NCBI GenBank assembly: GCA_905182215.1
Contig: CAJJAI010000011.1
Coordinates: 1-64,000, forward strand
Source of the DNA: Flavobacteriales bacterium UBA6772
Lineage (GTDB): Bacteria > Bacteroidota > Bacteroidia > Flavobacteriales > UBA7430
Reading direction: 5' to 3'
Length of the DNA: 64,000 nt
The position numbers were made by a program, and so were the translations under genes. Below the pieces are notes generated by a model. It was given only the letters and a program-made list of their open reading frames with translations, was not told the origin of the DNA and searched no databases. Below are positions 1 to 11,355 of the stretch, one piece after another; the stretch's first letter is position 1; every line of letters begins with the position of its first letter.

Positions 1-306
1 TTAATGAAAGGGGAAGGTACATTTGCAGAGGAGAAGCCGAAATTACATACCGAAAGCTATGATCGTTTTGAGGAACCTCAAAACCCAGCTATCTTACTCC
101 CTACTCTAAGCAGTTCCGTTTCAGAAAGTCATACTATACAAGCACAAGAAGTAGTCCCTCAAGAATCTTTATCCTTACAAGACAAAGAAATTGAGATGAT
201 AAAAAACGCACTCAACAAGCATCATGGAAAGCGCAAAGGGGCGGCTACAGAACTAGGAATTTCGGAACGGACACTCTACAGAAAAATTAAACAATACGAC
301 CTATAA
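1..306 (+). CDS. 3' end of a sigma-54-dependent (NtrC/Fis-family) transcriptional activator; the N-terminal part lies upstream of the window
   Basis: The frame is open to the window edge. The tail [26 protein letters not shown] is a Fis-type HTH, typical of the C-terminus of enhancer-binding proteins. Confidence 0.6.
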   Translation, partial: LMKGEGTFAEEKPKLHTESYDRFEEPQNPAILLPTLSSSVSESHTIQAQEVVPQESLSLQDKEIEMIKNALNKHHGKRKGAATELGISERTLYRKIKQYDL

Positions 307-307
307 T

Positions 308-805
308 ATGGCAAAGCTGAAATACCTTTTCGTTTGTATGGCATTACTATGCAGTTGTGGTGTGTATACTTTTACAGGAGCTGATATTCACGCCGATATA
401 AAAACCATTTCTATTGCTTATTTTCAAAATAAAGCGCCTTTAGTGCAACCCATTTTGAGTCAGAACTTCACCAATGCACTGCAGGATCGTTTTATTCAAC
501 AAACCAATTTGTTGAGTGTAAACACAAATGGAGACCTCCATTTTGAAGGATATATTAGCGATTATTCTGTAAGACCTATAAGCATAAGTTCTAGTGACCA
601 AGCCAATCAAAACAGACTTACCATAAAAATATTTGTTCGATTTAATAATCAAATAGACAATGACAAGTCATTTGAACAAAGCTTTAGCAGATATGCGGAC
701 TTCGATAGCAGTTTAAATTTATCTTCGGTAGAAGAAGAATTAATAGACCAAATAATTATTGAGCTTATTGAGGATATATTTAACAAAGCTGTTGTAAATT
801 GGTAA
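308..805 (+). CDS. lptE: LptE-like LPS-assembly lipoprotein
   Basis: It has a signal peptide with a lipobox (ALLCSCG), is about 165 aa, and has the motifs SFTG...YFQN and DIFNKAVVNW at its end. This matches my recollection of Bacteroidota LptE-family proteins. It starts 1 nt after the upstream gene. Confidence 0.5.
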   Translation: MAKLKYLFVCMALLCSCGVYTFTGADIHADIKTISIAYFQNKAPLVQPILSQNFTNALQDRFIQQTNLLSVNTNGDLHFEGYISDYSVRPISISSSDQANQNRLTIKIFVRFNNQIDNDKSFEQSFSRYADFDSSLNLSSVEEELIDQIIIELIEDIFNKAVVNW

Positions 806-806
806 A

Positions 807-1496
807 ATGGTAAGCAGTCAATTTATAGAACTTATACGTCAGCCGGGAAGTATCCAAAAAGAGGATCTTTTGCGTTTAGACAATTTATGCGAGGAGCATC
901 CTTATTGTGCTTCAGCACATAAACTACGCTTGAAAGCTTTAAAAGATTCTAAAAGCGATCGCTATAATAAAGAACTTAAGCGCACTGCATCCATTTCCGG
1001 AAACCGAAGTTTACTTTTTGAATACATTAGTCAAGAGTCTTTTAAAACGCCTATTAAAAAAGTGCTTGAACAAATTAAGGATACCCCTGAGGAAGTTTTA
1101 GAGTTAGGAAAACCTTTAGAATTCGACACCTCAGAAACCCATTCTTTTAGCGAATGGCTCAAACTGGCAAAGGCAAAACCTATTGAACGCGAGCCAGCCC
1201 AACAAAAGGCAGAACCGCTAAAGCCCTTAGAAAAAACAAATAAAATTGTTGACTTTATTGCCAAGACGGTAAAGAAGGAGAAACCAAAGAAAGAATTCTT
1301 TTCTCCCACTGCCATGGCACAACAAAGTATGGAGGAAAACAACAGCTTGATGACCGAAACCTTAGCTAAAGTTTACCTCGAACAAGGTCATTACAAAAAA
1401 GCAATTTTAGCCTACGAAATATTAAGTTTGAAATATCCACAAAAAAGTGGTTTATTTGCAGACCAAATTAAAGCCATTAAACAAATAAACCCTTAG
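807..1496 (+). CDS. Conserved hypothetical protein with a C-terminal TPR-like helix pair
   Basis: The ATG lies 1 nt after the lptE stop. The middle is K/E-rich and the C-terminus reads AKVYLEQGHYKKAILAYEILSLKYPQ. I recognise no family. Confidence 0.5.
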   Translation: MVSSQFIELIRQPGSIQKEDLLRLDNLCEEHPYCASAHKLRLKALKDSKSDRYNKELKRTASISGNRSLLFEYISQESFKTPIKKVLEQIKDTPEEVLELGKPLEFDTSETHSFSEWLKLAKAKPIEREPAQQKAEPLKPLEKTNKIVDFIAKTVKKEKPKKEFFSPTAMAQQSMEENNSLMTETLAKVYLEQGHYKKAILAYEILSLKYPQKSGLFADQIKAIKQINP

Positions 1497-1498
1497 AT

Positions 1499-1831
1499 AT
1501 GTACGGATTATTTTCGATTTTAATACTTATTACTTGCGCATTACTACTTTTAGTAATCTTAGTTCAAAATCCTAAAGGTGGTGGTTTAGCCTCTACTTTT
1601 GGTGATGGTAACCAATTTATGGGTGTTAAAAAAACATCAGACTTTTTAGAAAAAAGTACTTGGTCTTTAGCTTTAGTGCTTGTAGCCTTAACATTAGGTT
1701 CTAACTTCGCTATAGAGCGTACAGATGGTGTAAACCAATCTGACATTATCGAGCAAGTAGAAGATAGTGCAGAAGACTTCGTTCCTACTACAGCTCCAGA
1801 AACTGTTCCAACACCAGAAGCTGCTGAATAA
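1499..1831 (+). CDS. secG: Preprotein translocase subunit SecG
   Basis: It has two TM helices flanking the SecG signature LVQNPKGGGLAS...G, and is 110 aa. Confidence 0.8.
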   Translation: MYGLFSILILITCALLLLVILVQNPKGGGLASTFGDGNQFMGVKKTSDFLEKSTWSLALVLVALTLGSNFAIERTDGVNQSDIIEQVEDSAEDFVPTTAPETVPTPEAAE

Positions 1832-1852
1832 GCAATTTCTTAATCATACAAA

Positions 1853-1884
1853 ATGCCAAGCTTGTCAGCTTGGCATTTTTTTTT
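1853..1884 (+). terminator. Rho-independent terminator after secG
   Basis: A 10-bp perfect stem ATGCCAAGCT/AGCTTGGCAT with loop TGTC is followed by T8. Confidence 0.85.
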
Positions 1885-1988
1885 GCTTTACATTTACACG
1901 CGCTAAGACAGATTGACACAAATAAGCCAATGGCACAATTTCTGACTTAGAGCCGATAGAATTTCACAAAAACATAATTCAACATACC

Positions 1989-3912
<1,924 letters not shown>

Positions 3913-3930
3913 AATCATACAATTTTAAAA

Positions 3931-3962
3931 GCCCTACCGAAATTTCGGTAGGGCTTTTTTTT
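3931..3962 (+). terminator. Rho-independent terminator after groEL
   Basis: The stem GCCCTACCGA/TCGGTAGGGC with loop AATT is followed by T8. Confidence 0.9.
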
Positions 3963-4038
3963 GCCTAATAATTTATTCATTTCTAAACTAGAGGTCATTT
4001 GGAATAATTATTGCCAAGCAAATGTCTAAATTGTATCG

Positions 4039-4830
4039 ATGAAAAAAGGACTATTCTTTTTACTGCTCACACTCCTATCTATATCCTGTATGGAAGATGC
4101 ACAGATTTGTGTAAATAAAAAACTAATAGACACGAATTTAAATTGCGACTCTGTGTACAATCCTGTTTGTGGCTGTGACAACAACACCTACTACAATGCT
4201 TGTGAAGCTGAAAACAAAGCGGGGATAAATCTTTATAACGATGGACTCTGTGCACATACCTGCACCTACAACGACACATTAATGGTTTTAGCTTCGGATG
4301 ATAATTGCACAGTACTTACAGATTTTAGCAGCTTTTATGAGGTAGACTACGCACCCGAAAATACGATATGGGAAAAGGATAAGTATTATTTATTAAATAC
4401 CATAGAATCTAATTTAACACCTAGCTGTGGTGGAGCAAAAACTTTGAATATTCTATGTGTCTTATTATACGATCAATCTTGTATATCGCTCATCCAAACT
4501 TCGGGTATCGACAACCAATTGCCTAACGACAGTTTACACATTGATGAAATAAACCTTATTAATAACTGTTTAACTGTAGACTATAATTACTTAGGCGGAT
4601 GTGACGATACACGCTTAAACCTGCATTATTTAGTAGACTCTTCTACAGCAGAATTGGTAAGACTTCAACTACGGTACGATAATGGTGATGGGCCATGTAC
4701 CGAAACTATTTCAGAACATATTTCGTTTAATTTAAGTACCTTACAGATTGAAAATCAGAATTCAACAACTATTTCTATAGACTGTAATGGAGACGTTACT
4801 TTTAACGAAATGATTCAATATGACTATTAA
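4039..4830 (+). CDS. Cys-rich secreted lipoprotein with an N-terminal Kazal-type (serine protease inhibitor-like) module
   Basis: The lipobox is LLSISC. Residues 36-71, CDSVYNPVCGCDNNTYYNACEAENKAGINLYNDGLC, fit the Kazal core PVCG-x-D-x-x-TY-x-N-x-C. The C-terminal about 100 aa resemble the next gene. Confidence 0.6.
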   Translation: MKKGLFFLLLTLLSISCMEDAQICVNKKLIDTNLNCDSVYNPVCGCDNNTYYNACEAENKAGINLYNDGLCAHTCTYNDTLMVLASDDNCTVLTDFSSFYEVDYAPENTIWEKDKYYLLNTIESNLTPSCGGAKTLNILCVLLYDQSCISLIQTSGIDNQLPNDSLHIDEINLINNCLTVDYNYLGGCDDTRLNLHYLVDSSTAELVRLQLRYDNGDGPCTETISEHISFNLSTLQIENQNSTTISIDCNGDVTFNEMIQYDY

Positions 4831-5266
4831 AACACTCTCGGTAATTAGTCTTTGTACGCTAAGCCTTATTCTCTTTTCTTGTACAGATGAACAAGTAATT
4901 GTAGCAGAAAGTAATTGCCCAGAAATAATCGTATTGAACTATGATGAAGAATGGATTAATGATACATATATCATTAATAATGTATCTCTATCAGAGTCTC
5001 AAGAACTGGAACTAAACATTTCGTATTCTGGCGGTTGCCAAGAACACGAATACGAACTAATACAAAATCCACAATTTTGTGGAACTCCACCAATCTACAT
5101 ATCCATTAAGCTAAGTCACAACTCAAATGGAGATATTTGTGAAGCATGGATAACAAAAGATTTATGCTTCGATATAAGCTCCATATACTCTGAAAATGGA
5201 ACAGATGAAATAACGATTGGTCTTTACAATACACACCAAACAGATACTACTTGGGTTTTGGAATAA
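4820..5266 (+). CDS. Cys-containing lipoprotein, paralogous to the C-terminal domain of the preceding gene
   Basis: The lipobox is LILFSC. The shared pattern is Y-x-GGC...(L/I)x(L/I)x(H/Y)(D/N)xxGDxC...F(N/D)(L/I)S. Its ATG overlaps the upstream gene by 11 nt. Confidence 0.55.
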   Translation: MTIKTLSVISLCTLSLILFSCTDEQVIVAESNCPEIIVLNYDEEWINDTYIINNVSLSESQELELNISYSGGCQEHEYELIQNPQFCGTPPIYISIKLSHNSNGDICEAWITKDLCFDISSIYSENGTDEITIGLYNTHQTDTTWVLE

Positions 5267-5302
5267 AAAAGCCCTGTTTCGTATAAACAAAACAGGACTT
5301 TT
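5267..5302. terminator. Bidirectional terminator between convergent genes (lipoprotein pair and the ftsZ-yqeY unit)
   Basis: The stem CCTGTTT/AAACAGG is flanked by A6 on one side and T-rich sequence on the other. On the minus strand the hairpin is followed by GCTTTTTT. Confidence 0.55.
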
Positions 5303-5324
5303 AATAACATTAACTTTTTTTACT

Positions 5325-5777
5325 CTACTTATTTAAGAGTGCTTTTACGGTGTCGGCAATTGCTCTACCTTCAGCCTTTCCAGCCAACTCTTTAGAAGTA
5401 ACCCCCATCACTTTCCCCATATCTGCAGGTCCTTTAGCCCCTACTTTTACGATGATATTTGCTACTGCATTTTCCAATTCTTCAGCAGACATTTGCTGTG
5501 GAAGAAATTGATCTAAAATTTTTGTTTGAGCCATTTCGTCGTCAGCCAAATCAGCTCTCCCTTGTTCAATATAAATTGCTGCAGCATCTTTTCTTTGCTT
5601 CAACAATTTCATCAACAATTTCACCTCTTCAGACTCCGACATTTCACCCGTTGCTCCTGCTGCGGTCTCTGCAGTCATCAACTCTGCCTTTACAGCTCTA
5701 AGAGTCTCTAAAGCGACCTTATCTTTTGCCTTCATTGCTACTATTATAGCAGGCATAATTCTCGATTTTAAACTCAT
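5325..5777 (-). CDS. GatB/YqeY domain protein
   Basis: It is 150 aa, with an N-terminus AMKAKDKVALETLRAVKAEL typical of the YqeY family. It lies 9 nt downstream of ftsZ. Confidence 0.8.
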   Translation of the reverse strand: MSLKSRIMPAIIVAMKAKDKVALETLRAVKAELMTAETAAGATGEMSESEEVKLLMKLLKQRKDAAAIYIEQGRADLADDEMAQTKILDQFLPQQMSAEELENAVANIIVKVGAKGPADMGKVMGVTSKELAGKAEGRAIADTVKALLNK

Positions 5778-5786
5778 AATTCTTAT

Positions 5787-7913
5787 TTAATCTACGTTAT
5801 CGTGTAAAAAAGAGTTTCTACTCTTTAGTTCAAGCTCACCAGACTCGCTTGTGCTAAGACTCATTCGAGACAAAGGTTCGTCTGTAGAATGTACAGAATC
5901 GTTTAATTGTACGCCTTGTCTTTTGTAAGCCGGTTCGCGTTCTACATTATCAATGACTGCATTATTTCTAAATCGGTAATTAAATTTATGCAGACGTTCT
6001 TTTCGTTTTTGAGCTCTTTCAATTTGTTCCTGAAAAGTATCGCTATGAGAAGACAAAGTTATACTCGATTGTTCTTCTGAGATAAGAGGCGAATCTATTG
6101 CTTCCATCTTGGGCTCAACTAATTCTTCTATTACTTGTTCTACAACGATATCTTTTACAACTTCTGTTTCTACTAGTACAGAATCACCACTCTCTTGATA
6201 TTCATGCGAAGCTATAGATTCTACAGACTTACTAGAAATACTGATCGCTAAAATTGGCTCCTCTTCTATTTCAGATGTAGACTCACCTATTGCATCCTCT
6301 TCCTCATCAAAACTAAGTGTATGAACTATTTTTTCTGAAGGGCTAACAGATTCTGTAGCCTCTGTTAATGGACTTGGCACTTCACTAGACACAGGTTCAT
6401 CGTCTAAACTAAAAACTACTTTATTTTCGGAATCTACTGATTGTGTTAATTCTTCAGTTTCTTCAAAATCATCAATACTAAACGTAATTTCTGACTCTTC
6501 TGTAATAGAGAATGATTCTGTTTCTACTTCAGACTGAATCTCAGCTATTTCCTCTATTACTTCTGAGTTCAATTCAAACTGTTCGCTAGTTTCGGTAATA
6601 GTATTTTCTATTATAGGCTCTTCTATCTCAAACTCAAAAGTCATACTTACTTGCTGTCGATCTTCTGCAAGATTAGTAAGTCTTGGGCTCATTTGATCGA
6701 TTGGAGATGCAATATCTACCAACTTTTCTTCAATTGGTGTAGCAACAGGATCTACAATTCGTTCCTCTACAACTTCATCAACTAAAACATGTTTCACTTC
6801 AATAGTATCGGGCTCAATAGGAGTGGATATAGTAGGCTCAGAAATTGGTTTATTTATAGCCAACTTCGAAGGTTCTGTACCATTTAAATCGTGCACCACA
6901 TTTATAAGAGTTCCTGTAAATGGGTTTACCGCTTTACCTTCATGAAATCCAGTAGCAACAACAGTAACGTTTACAGCATCGCCTAAGCCTTCATCTTCGG
7001 CAACCCCCATAATAATATCTGCGGGTGCAGCACCATCAATTTTAACCTGCTCTTGAATGAAATCGGATATTAAGCCCATCTCTTCAAAGGTAACTTCTTC
7101 GGTTCCAGATACAATAAGAAGAAGAACTTTTTTAGCACCTCTAATGTGGTTATTATCTAGTAAAGGAGATTCTATAGCCCCTTTCACAGCCTTTAATGCA
7201 CGATCATCTCCTGATGCAGTTCCTGAGCCCATAATAGCAGTTCCACTATTGGCAAGAACAGTTCTTACATCGTTTAAATCGATATTTAAATATCCCTTTT
7301 GTGTAATTACTTCGGCGATACCTCGTGATGCAGTAGCTAATATTTCATCAGCTTTAGCAAAACCAGATTTAAAACCTAAGTTCCCATATATCTCTCTTAG
7401 TTTATTGTTGTTAATAACAATAAGAGAATCTACATGAGGCTTTAATTCTTCGAGACCTTCTTTGGCTTGAGACATCCTTAAACCACCTTCAAACTCAAAA
7501 GGAATGGTAACTATGGCAACTGTAAGAATACCCATTTCCTTTGCGGCCTTTGCAATTACTGGAGCAGCTCCAGTACCAGTACCACCGCCCATACCAGCAT
7601 TGATAAACACCATTTCGGTATTACTCTCTAAAACAGCAATTACATCCGCAATATTTTCTTCTGCAGCAAATTTACCATGCAAAGGATCGGCTCCTGCACC
7701 CAAACCCTTGGTAACAGAAACACCTAACTGAATTTTGTTTGGCACAGGACTATCGTCTAGCGCTTGCTGATCGGTATTACAAACGACAAAATCGACGCCT
7801 CTAATACCCTTCTCATACATGTAATTTACGGCATTACTACCGCCACCTCCAACTCCAATTACCTTAATGGTAGAGGATTGATTTTGTGGCATGTCGAAAT
7901 CTAAATTTGTCAT
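5787..7913 (-). CDS. ftsZ: Cell division protein FtsZ with a roughly 300 aa acidic linker
   Basis: It carries GGGTGTGAAP (tubulin signature) and NTDQQAL. The Bacteroidota-type C-terminal peptide is NSFLHDNVD. It is 708 aa. Confidence 0.97.
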   Translation of the reverse strand: MTNLDFDMPQNQSSTIKVIGVGGGGSNAVNYMYEKGIRGVDFVVCNTDQQALDDSPVPNKIQLGVSVTKGLGAGADPLHGKFAAEENIADVIAVLESNTEMVFINAGMGGGTGTGAAPVIAKAAKEMGILTVAIVTIPFEFEGGLRMSQAKEGLEELKPHVDSLIVINNNKLREIYGNLGFKSGFAKADEILATASRGIAEVITQKGYLNIDLNDVRTVLANSGTAIMGSGTASGDDRALKAVKGAIESPLLDNNHIRGAKKVLLLIVSGTEEVTFEEMGLISDFIQEQVKIDGAAPADIIMGVAEDEGLGDAVNVTVVATGFHEGKAVNPFTGTLINVVHDLNGTEPSKLAINKPISEPTISTPIEPDTIEVKHVLVDEVVEERIVDPVATPIEEKLVDIASPIDQMSPRLTNLAEDRQQVSMTFEFEIEEPIIENTITETSEQFELNSEVIEEIAEIQSEVETESFSITEESEITFSIDDFEETEELTQSVDSENKVVFSLDDEPVSSEVPSPLTEATESVSPSEKIVHTLSFDEEEDAIGESTSEIEEEPILAISISSKSVESIASHEYQESGDSVLVETEVVKDIVVEQVIEELVEPKMEAIDSPLISEEQSSITLSSHSDTFQEQIERAQKRKERLHKFNYRFRNNAVIDNVEREPAYKRQGVQLNDSVHSTDEPLSRMSLSTSESGELELKSRNSFLHDNVD

Positions 7914-7932
7914 AATTTAGAGCTTTATAGTA

Positions 7933-9279
7933 TTAATCTTCATTGGCTAAAAAATTCATAAACCCCTTTACCCATTTATCAAAAAAGGTAGCATTGGATT
8001 CGGTAATTGGTTCTTCGTTTATAGGCTCGGCAACTTTAGTCCCACCAACTTCATCTATAGAAGCGCCAGTAGGATCTAAAACAGGTACTATAATAGGTTC
8101 TATAGTAGGATGTTTTTCATTTTCTTCAATTCCCTTCATCAACAAGCCTATGGCTGTGGCGTACATCGGACTTTCTAATTCTGGTTTATCACCCTTTCCT
8201 AAATGCTCGTTTGGATAACCAATTCGAGTATCCATTCCTGTTTCGTATTCAAATAATTGCTTAATATGCTTAAGCTGAGAACCACCACCAGTAAGAACAA
8301 TTCCTGCAATTAATTTTTTCTTACCCTCGTCGTTACCGTAATTTTTAACTTCTAAATATACTTGATCAATAATCTCTACTAATCTAGCATGTATAACTTT
8401 GGAAAGCATTTTTAAAGAAATCTCTTTAGGCTCTCTACCTCTTAGTCCAGGAATAGAGACAATTTCATTGTCGCTGTTCTCTCCAGGCCAAGCAGAACCA
8501 AATTTCATTTTTAGTAGCTCGGCTTGTTTTTCAATAATCGAACAACCTTCTTTTATATCTTCGGTAATTACATTCCCCCCAAAAGGGATTACTGCGGTAT
8601 GGCGAATAATTCCATCTTTAAAAATGGCCACATCTGTTGTTCCACCTCCATTATCAACTAAACAAACACCAGCTTCTCTTTCTTCATCACTTAATACAGC
8701 CTCGGCAGAAGCCAAAGGTTCTAATGTGATACCCGAAACCTCCAAATTGGAATTTTTAACACAGGAAAAAATATTTCCTATGGCAGCCTTTTGCCCCACA
8801 ACTATGTGAAGATTTGCCTCTAGTCTACGACCCAACATTCCTATGGGTTCACTAATATTTGGCTCGCCGTCTATTTTGAATTCCTGAGGAAGTACGTGGA
8901 TAATTTCTTCACCTGGAAGCATTACCAATTTGTGTACGTTTTGAACTAGCAGATCTACATCGGCTTGCGTGATAACTTCCTGAGCATTTTCTCTAAGTAT
9001 ATAATCGCTATGCTGAAGACTACGAATATGTTGCCCGGCAATACCTACAACACAATTATCTATGGTAGCTCCAGAGTCTGCTTCAGCATCGGCAATTGCA
9101 TGCTTAATAGAATCTATAGTCTGTGTAATATTTGAAACTACTCCGCGCTGAACACCTAAGGACTTCGCTTTACCAAATCCTAAGATTTCAATCTTATCGA
9201 ATTCATTCTTGCGTCCTACTATAGTTACAATTTTAGTTGTACCTATATCTAAACCGATGGCTATTTCTCCCTGTTCCAT
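7933..9279 (-). CDS. ftsA: Cell division protein FtsA
   Basis: It has an actin-like ATPase N-terminus (IGLDIGTTKIV) and DNGGGTTDVAIF, and sits in the dcw position. Confidence 0.95.
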   Translation of the reverse strand: MEQGEIAIGLDIGTTKIVTIVGRKNEFDKIEILGFGKAKSLGVQRGVVSNITQTIDSIKHAIADAEADSGATIDNCVVGIAGQHIRSLQHSDYILRENAQEVITQADVDLLVQNVHKLVMLPGEEIIHVLPQEFKIDGEPNISEPIGMLGRRLEANLHIVVGQKAAIGNIFSCVKNSNLEVSGITLEPLASAEAVLSDEEREAGVCLVDNGGGTTDVAIFKDGIIRHTAVIPFGGNVITEDIKEGCSIIEKQAELLKMKFGSAWPGENSDNEIVSIPGLRGREPKEISLKMLSKVIHARLVEIIDQVYLEVKNYGNDEGKKKLIAGIVLTGGGSQLKHIKQLFEYETGMDTRIGYPNEHLGKGDKPELESPMYATAIGLLMKGIEENEKHPTIEPIIVPVLDPTGASIDEVGGTKVAEPINEEPITESNATFFDKWVKGFMNFLANED

Positions 9280-9283
9280 TGCG

Positions 9284-10012
9284 CTATCTTTTTGTACACA
9301 CCACTTGATTTTCGAATTTTAAGTTGATATGTGAATACCTATCCCAACCTACTTTCTCTAATCCATGGCGATAAAAAATCTTCAATTTTTCAAACTTTTC
9401 TTCTATATTTTGAGCCTTCCCCAAAATAATTTTGTGATCTCCTACTCTAGGATACATGATGATTTCATCCTTATCATCAAATTCTAAAGCCGTAATCTGT
9501 GCTTTTAAAAAAGCATCGTCCTCAATAAGATCCAAAACAGACCTCAATATTTTTTTTCTGCCGGCAGTAATCTCAGTCCAATACACTTGCAAAACTCTAG
9601 CGCTATATCTATCCGACAGAGGAAAAGGGCTTATTTGACTATCCAAATAATACGACTGTTCTTGCTCAAATACTCGGGCTATAGGTTTGCGTTGCTTTAC
9701 ATCAACACATAAGCTACCGTTATGTGCTAAATATAATTCTGCTTTCTCAATATTTGGATGCGTATTCACAAAATCTTCTAACAAATAAATGTTTATATCT
9801 TCGAATGATTTCCCTAGTACAGAATCTTGGTTTTCGAGAATTAAATCCTGCACCATTTCTGCGGATACAAAAAACAAATCCCCCTTAGTATCAACTCGTA
9901 TATCTATGGAATTACAAAGAATATCTGCTCTGTTTTCATGACTACTGAAGCCCAAAAAAACGAGTAGAGAAACACCTACTAAAAAGTAAACGATATTTAG
10001 AATCTTCTTCAC
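9284..10012 (-). CDS. ftsQ: Cell division protein FtsQ
   Basis: It has a single N-terminal TM and a POTRA-like region, and lies between murC and ftsA. The GTG start overlaps the murC TGA stop (GTGA). Confidence 0.8.
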   Translation of the reverse strand: MKKILNIVYFLVGVSLLVFLGFSSHENRADILCNSIDIRVDTKGDLFFVSAEMVQDLILENQDSVLGKSFEDINIYLLEDFVNTHPNIEKAELYLAHNGSLCVDVKQRKPIARVFEQEQSYYLDSQISPFPLSDRYSARVLQVYWTEITAGRKKILRSVLDLIEDDAFLKAQITALEFDDKDEIIMYPRVGDHKIILGKAQNIEEKFEKLKIFYRHGLEKVGWDRYSHINLKFENQVVCTKR

Positions 10013-11355
10013 TTTTGTAAATACTTTTTTATGGGTTGAACTAAAACATCAATATCGCCAGCCCCGAGAGTCATTAATAGCTCTGTATTTTCTATAATTT
10101 CTGGGAACTGACTCTTAGAATTTATAGACTTATTTATACAGGTAATTTTATTTGCTAATTCTTTAGAAGTAACTCCAGAAATTGGGAGTTCTCTGGCAGG
10201 ATATATATCGAGGAGTAAAACTCTATCGGCGGCAGACAGGGATTCTGCAAAATCATTCATAAAATCTCTAGTACGACTAAACAAATGCGGCTGAAAAACT
10301 ACGGTTAATTCCTTGTTTGGATACAAGTCTCTAGCCGAACGAATAGCCATTTCTATTTCTTTGGGGTGATGTGCATAGTCATCAATATAAATATGCTTTT
10401 TATTTTTTACGTGAATCTCAAAGCGTCTCTTTACACCAGAAAAAGAGGCAATAGAAGCCACAATTCCTTCTGTAGATAATTCCTGAAAATAGGCCATCGA
10501 AAAAGCAGCTACGGCATTTTCAACATTGTGAATTCCTGGCAAGCCAGTAACTACATTCTCACAAACACCTTTTGGGTGCTTGAGGTCGAAATGATATGCC
10601 CCATTTTCTACTCGTATATTTAGGGCCGAAAAATCGGCTTTATTAGAGTTTAATGCATAGCTATAAGTAGCATTTACATTCAATCCTTCTTTGGCTATTA
10701 AACTGCCCCCTTTAACCTTGTCTGCAAACAATTGAAAAGACTGTTCTAAATGAGCCGCAGTACCATAAATATCTAAATGATCGGCATCCATAGAACTTAT
10801 TAAAGCCCAGTTGGGATAGAGCTGTAAAAATGATCGATCGAACTCATCAGCCTCAACCACAGTAATTGGCTCTGAACCGATTAGTAAATTGGAATTAAAA
10901 TCACTTGCAAAACCACCTAAGAAAGCTGAACAATCGATGCTATTATCGCTTAAAATATAAGCTAACAAACTAGAAATAGTTGTTTTTCCGTGGGTACCTG
11001 CAATAGCCAAGCATTGCGTGTTTTTTGTAATAGCACCTAGCATTTCTGCTCGTTTATACATTGTAAAGCCCTCAGACTTAAAATACCCTAAAAGAATATT
11101 ATCGGCTGGGATTGCAGGAGTATAAACTACTAATACATTGGCTGGGTTTTTAAACGAATTTGACAAACTCTCTAAGCAATCGACATACGATATCTCGCAA
11201 GAGACCTCTTCTAAAGACAAACAAATTTCGGACTGATTTCTATCGTAACCGGCAACTTCGTATTCTTTAGACGCAAAATAACGCGCAAGAGCACTCATTC
11301 CGACACCACCGATGCCGAGAAAATAAATGTGTTTTATGTTGTTTAAATTAACCAT
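10009..11355 (-). CDS. murC: UDP-N-acetylmuramate--L-alanine ligase
   Basis: It has GIGGVGMSALA and the GTHGKTT P-loop, with a Mur ligase layout. Confidence 0.95.
   Translation of the reverse strand: MVNLNNIKHIYFLGIGGVGMSALARYFASKEYEVAGYDRNQSEICLSLEEVSCEISYVDCLESLSNSFKNPANVLVVYTPAIPADNILLGYFKSEGFTMYKRAEMLGAITKNTQCLAIAGTHGKTTISSLLAYILSDNSIDCSAFLGGFASDFNSNLLIGSEPITVVEADEFDRSFLQLYPNWALISSMDADHLDIYGTAAHLEQSFQLFADKVKGGSLIAKEGLNVNATYSYALNSNKADFSALNIRVENGAYHFDLKHPKGVCENVVTGLPGIHNVENAVAAFSMAYFQELSTEGIVASIASFSGVKRRFEIHVKNKKHIYIDDYAHHPKEIEMAIRSARDLYPNKELTVVFQPHLFSRTRDFMNDFAESLSAADRVLLLDIYPARELPISGVTSKELANKITCINKSINSKSQFPEIIENTELLMTLGAGDIDVLVQPIKKYLQK

Noticed and set aside
1931-1946. A sigma-54-like element TGGCAC-N5-CTGA upstream of groES, tempting because the window starts with a sigma-54 activator gene.
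   Set aside because: The -24 half is perfect, but the -12 half lacks the GC dinucleotide (CTGA versus TTGC). It also lies about 45 nt from the groES ATG with no supporting activator sites, so it is most likely chance.
4022-4042. A six-codon upstream ORF (MSKLYR) whose TGA overlaps the ATG of the Kazal-like lipoprotein gene (ATGA).
   Set aside because: It is too short to evaluate, I found no promoter box upstream, and such overlaps arise often by chance in AT-rich leaders.
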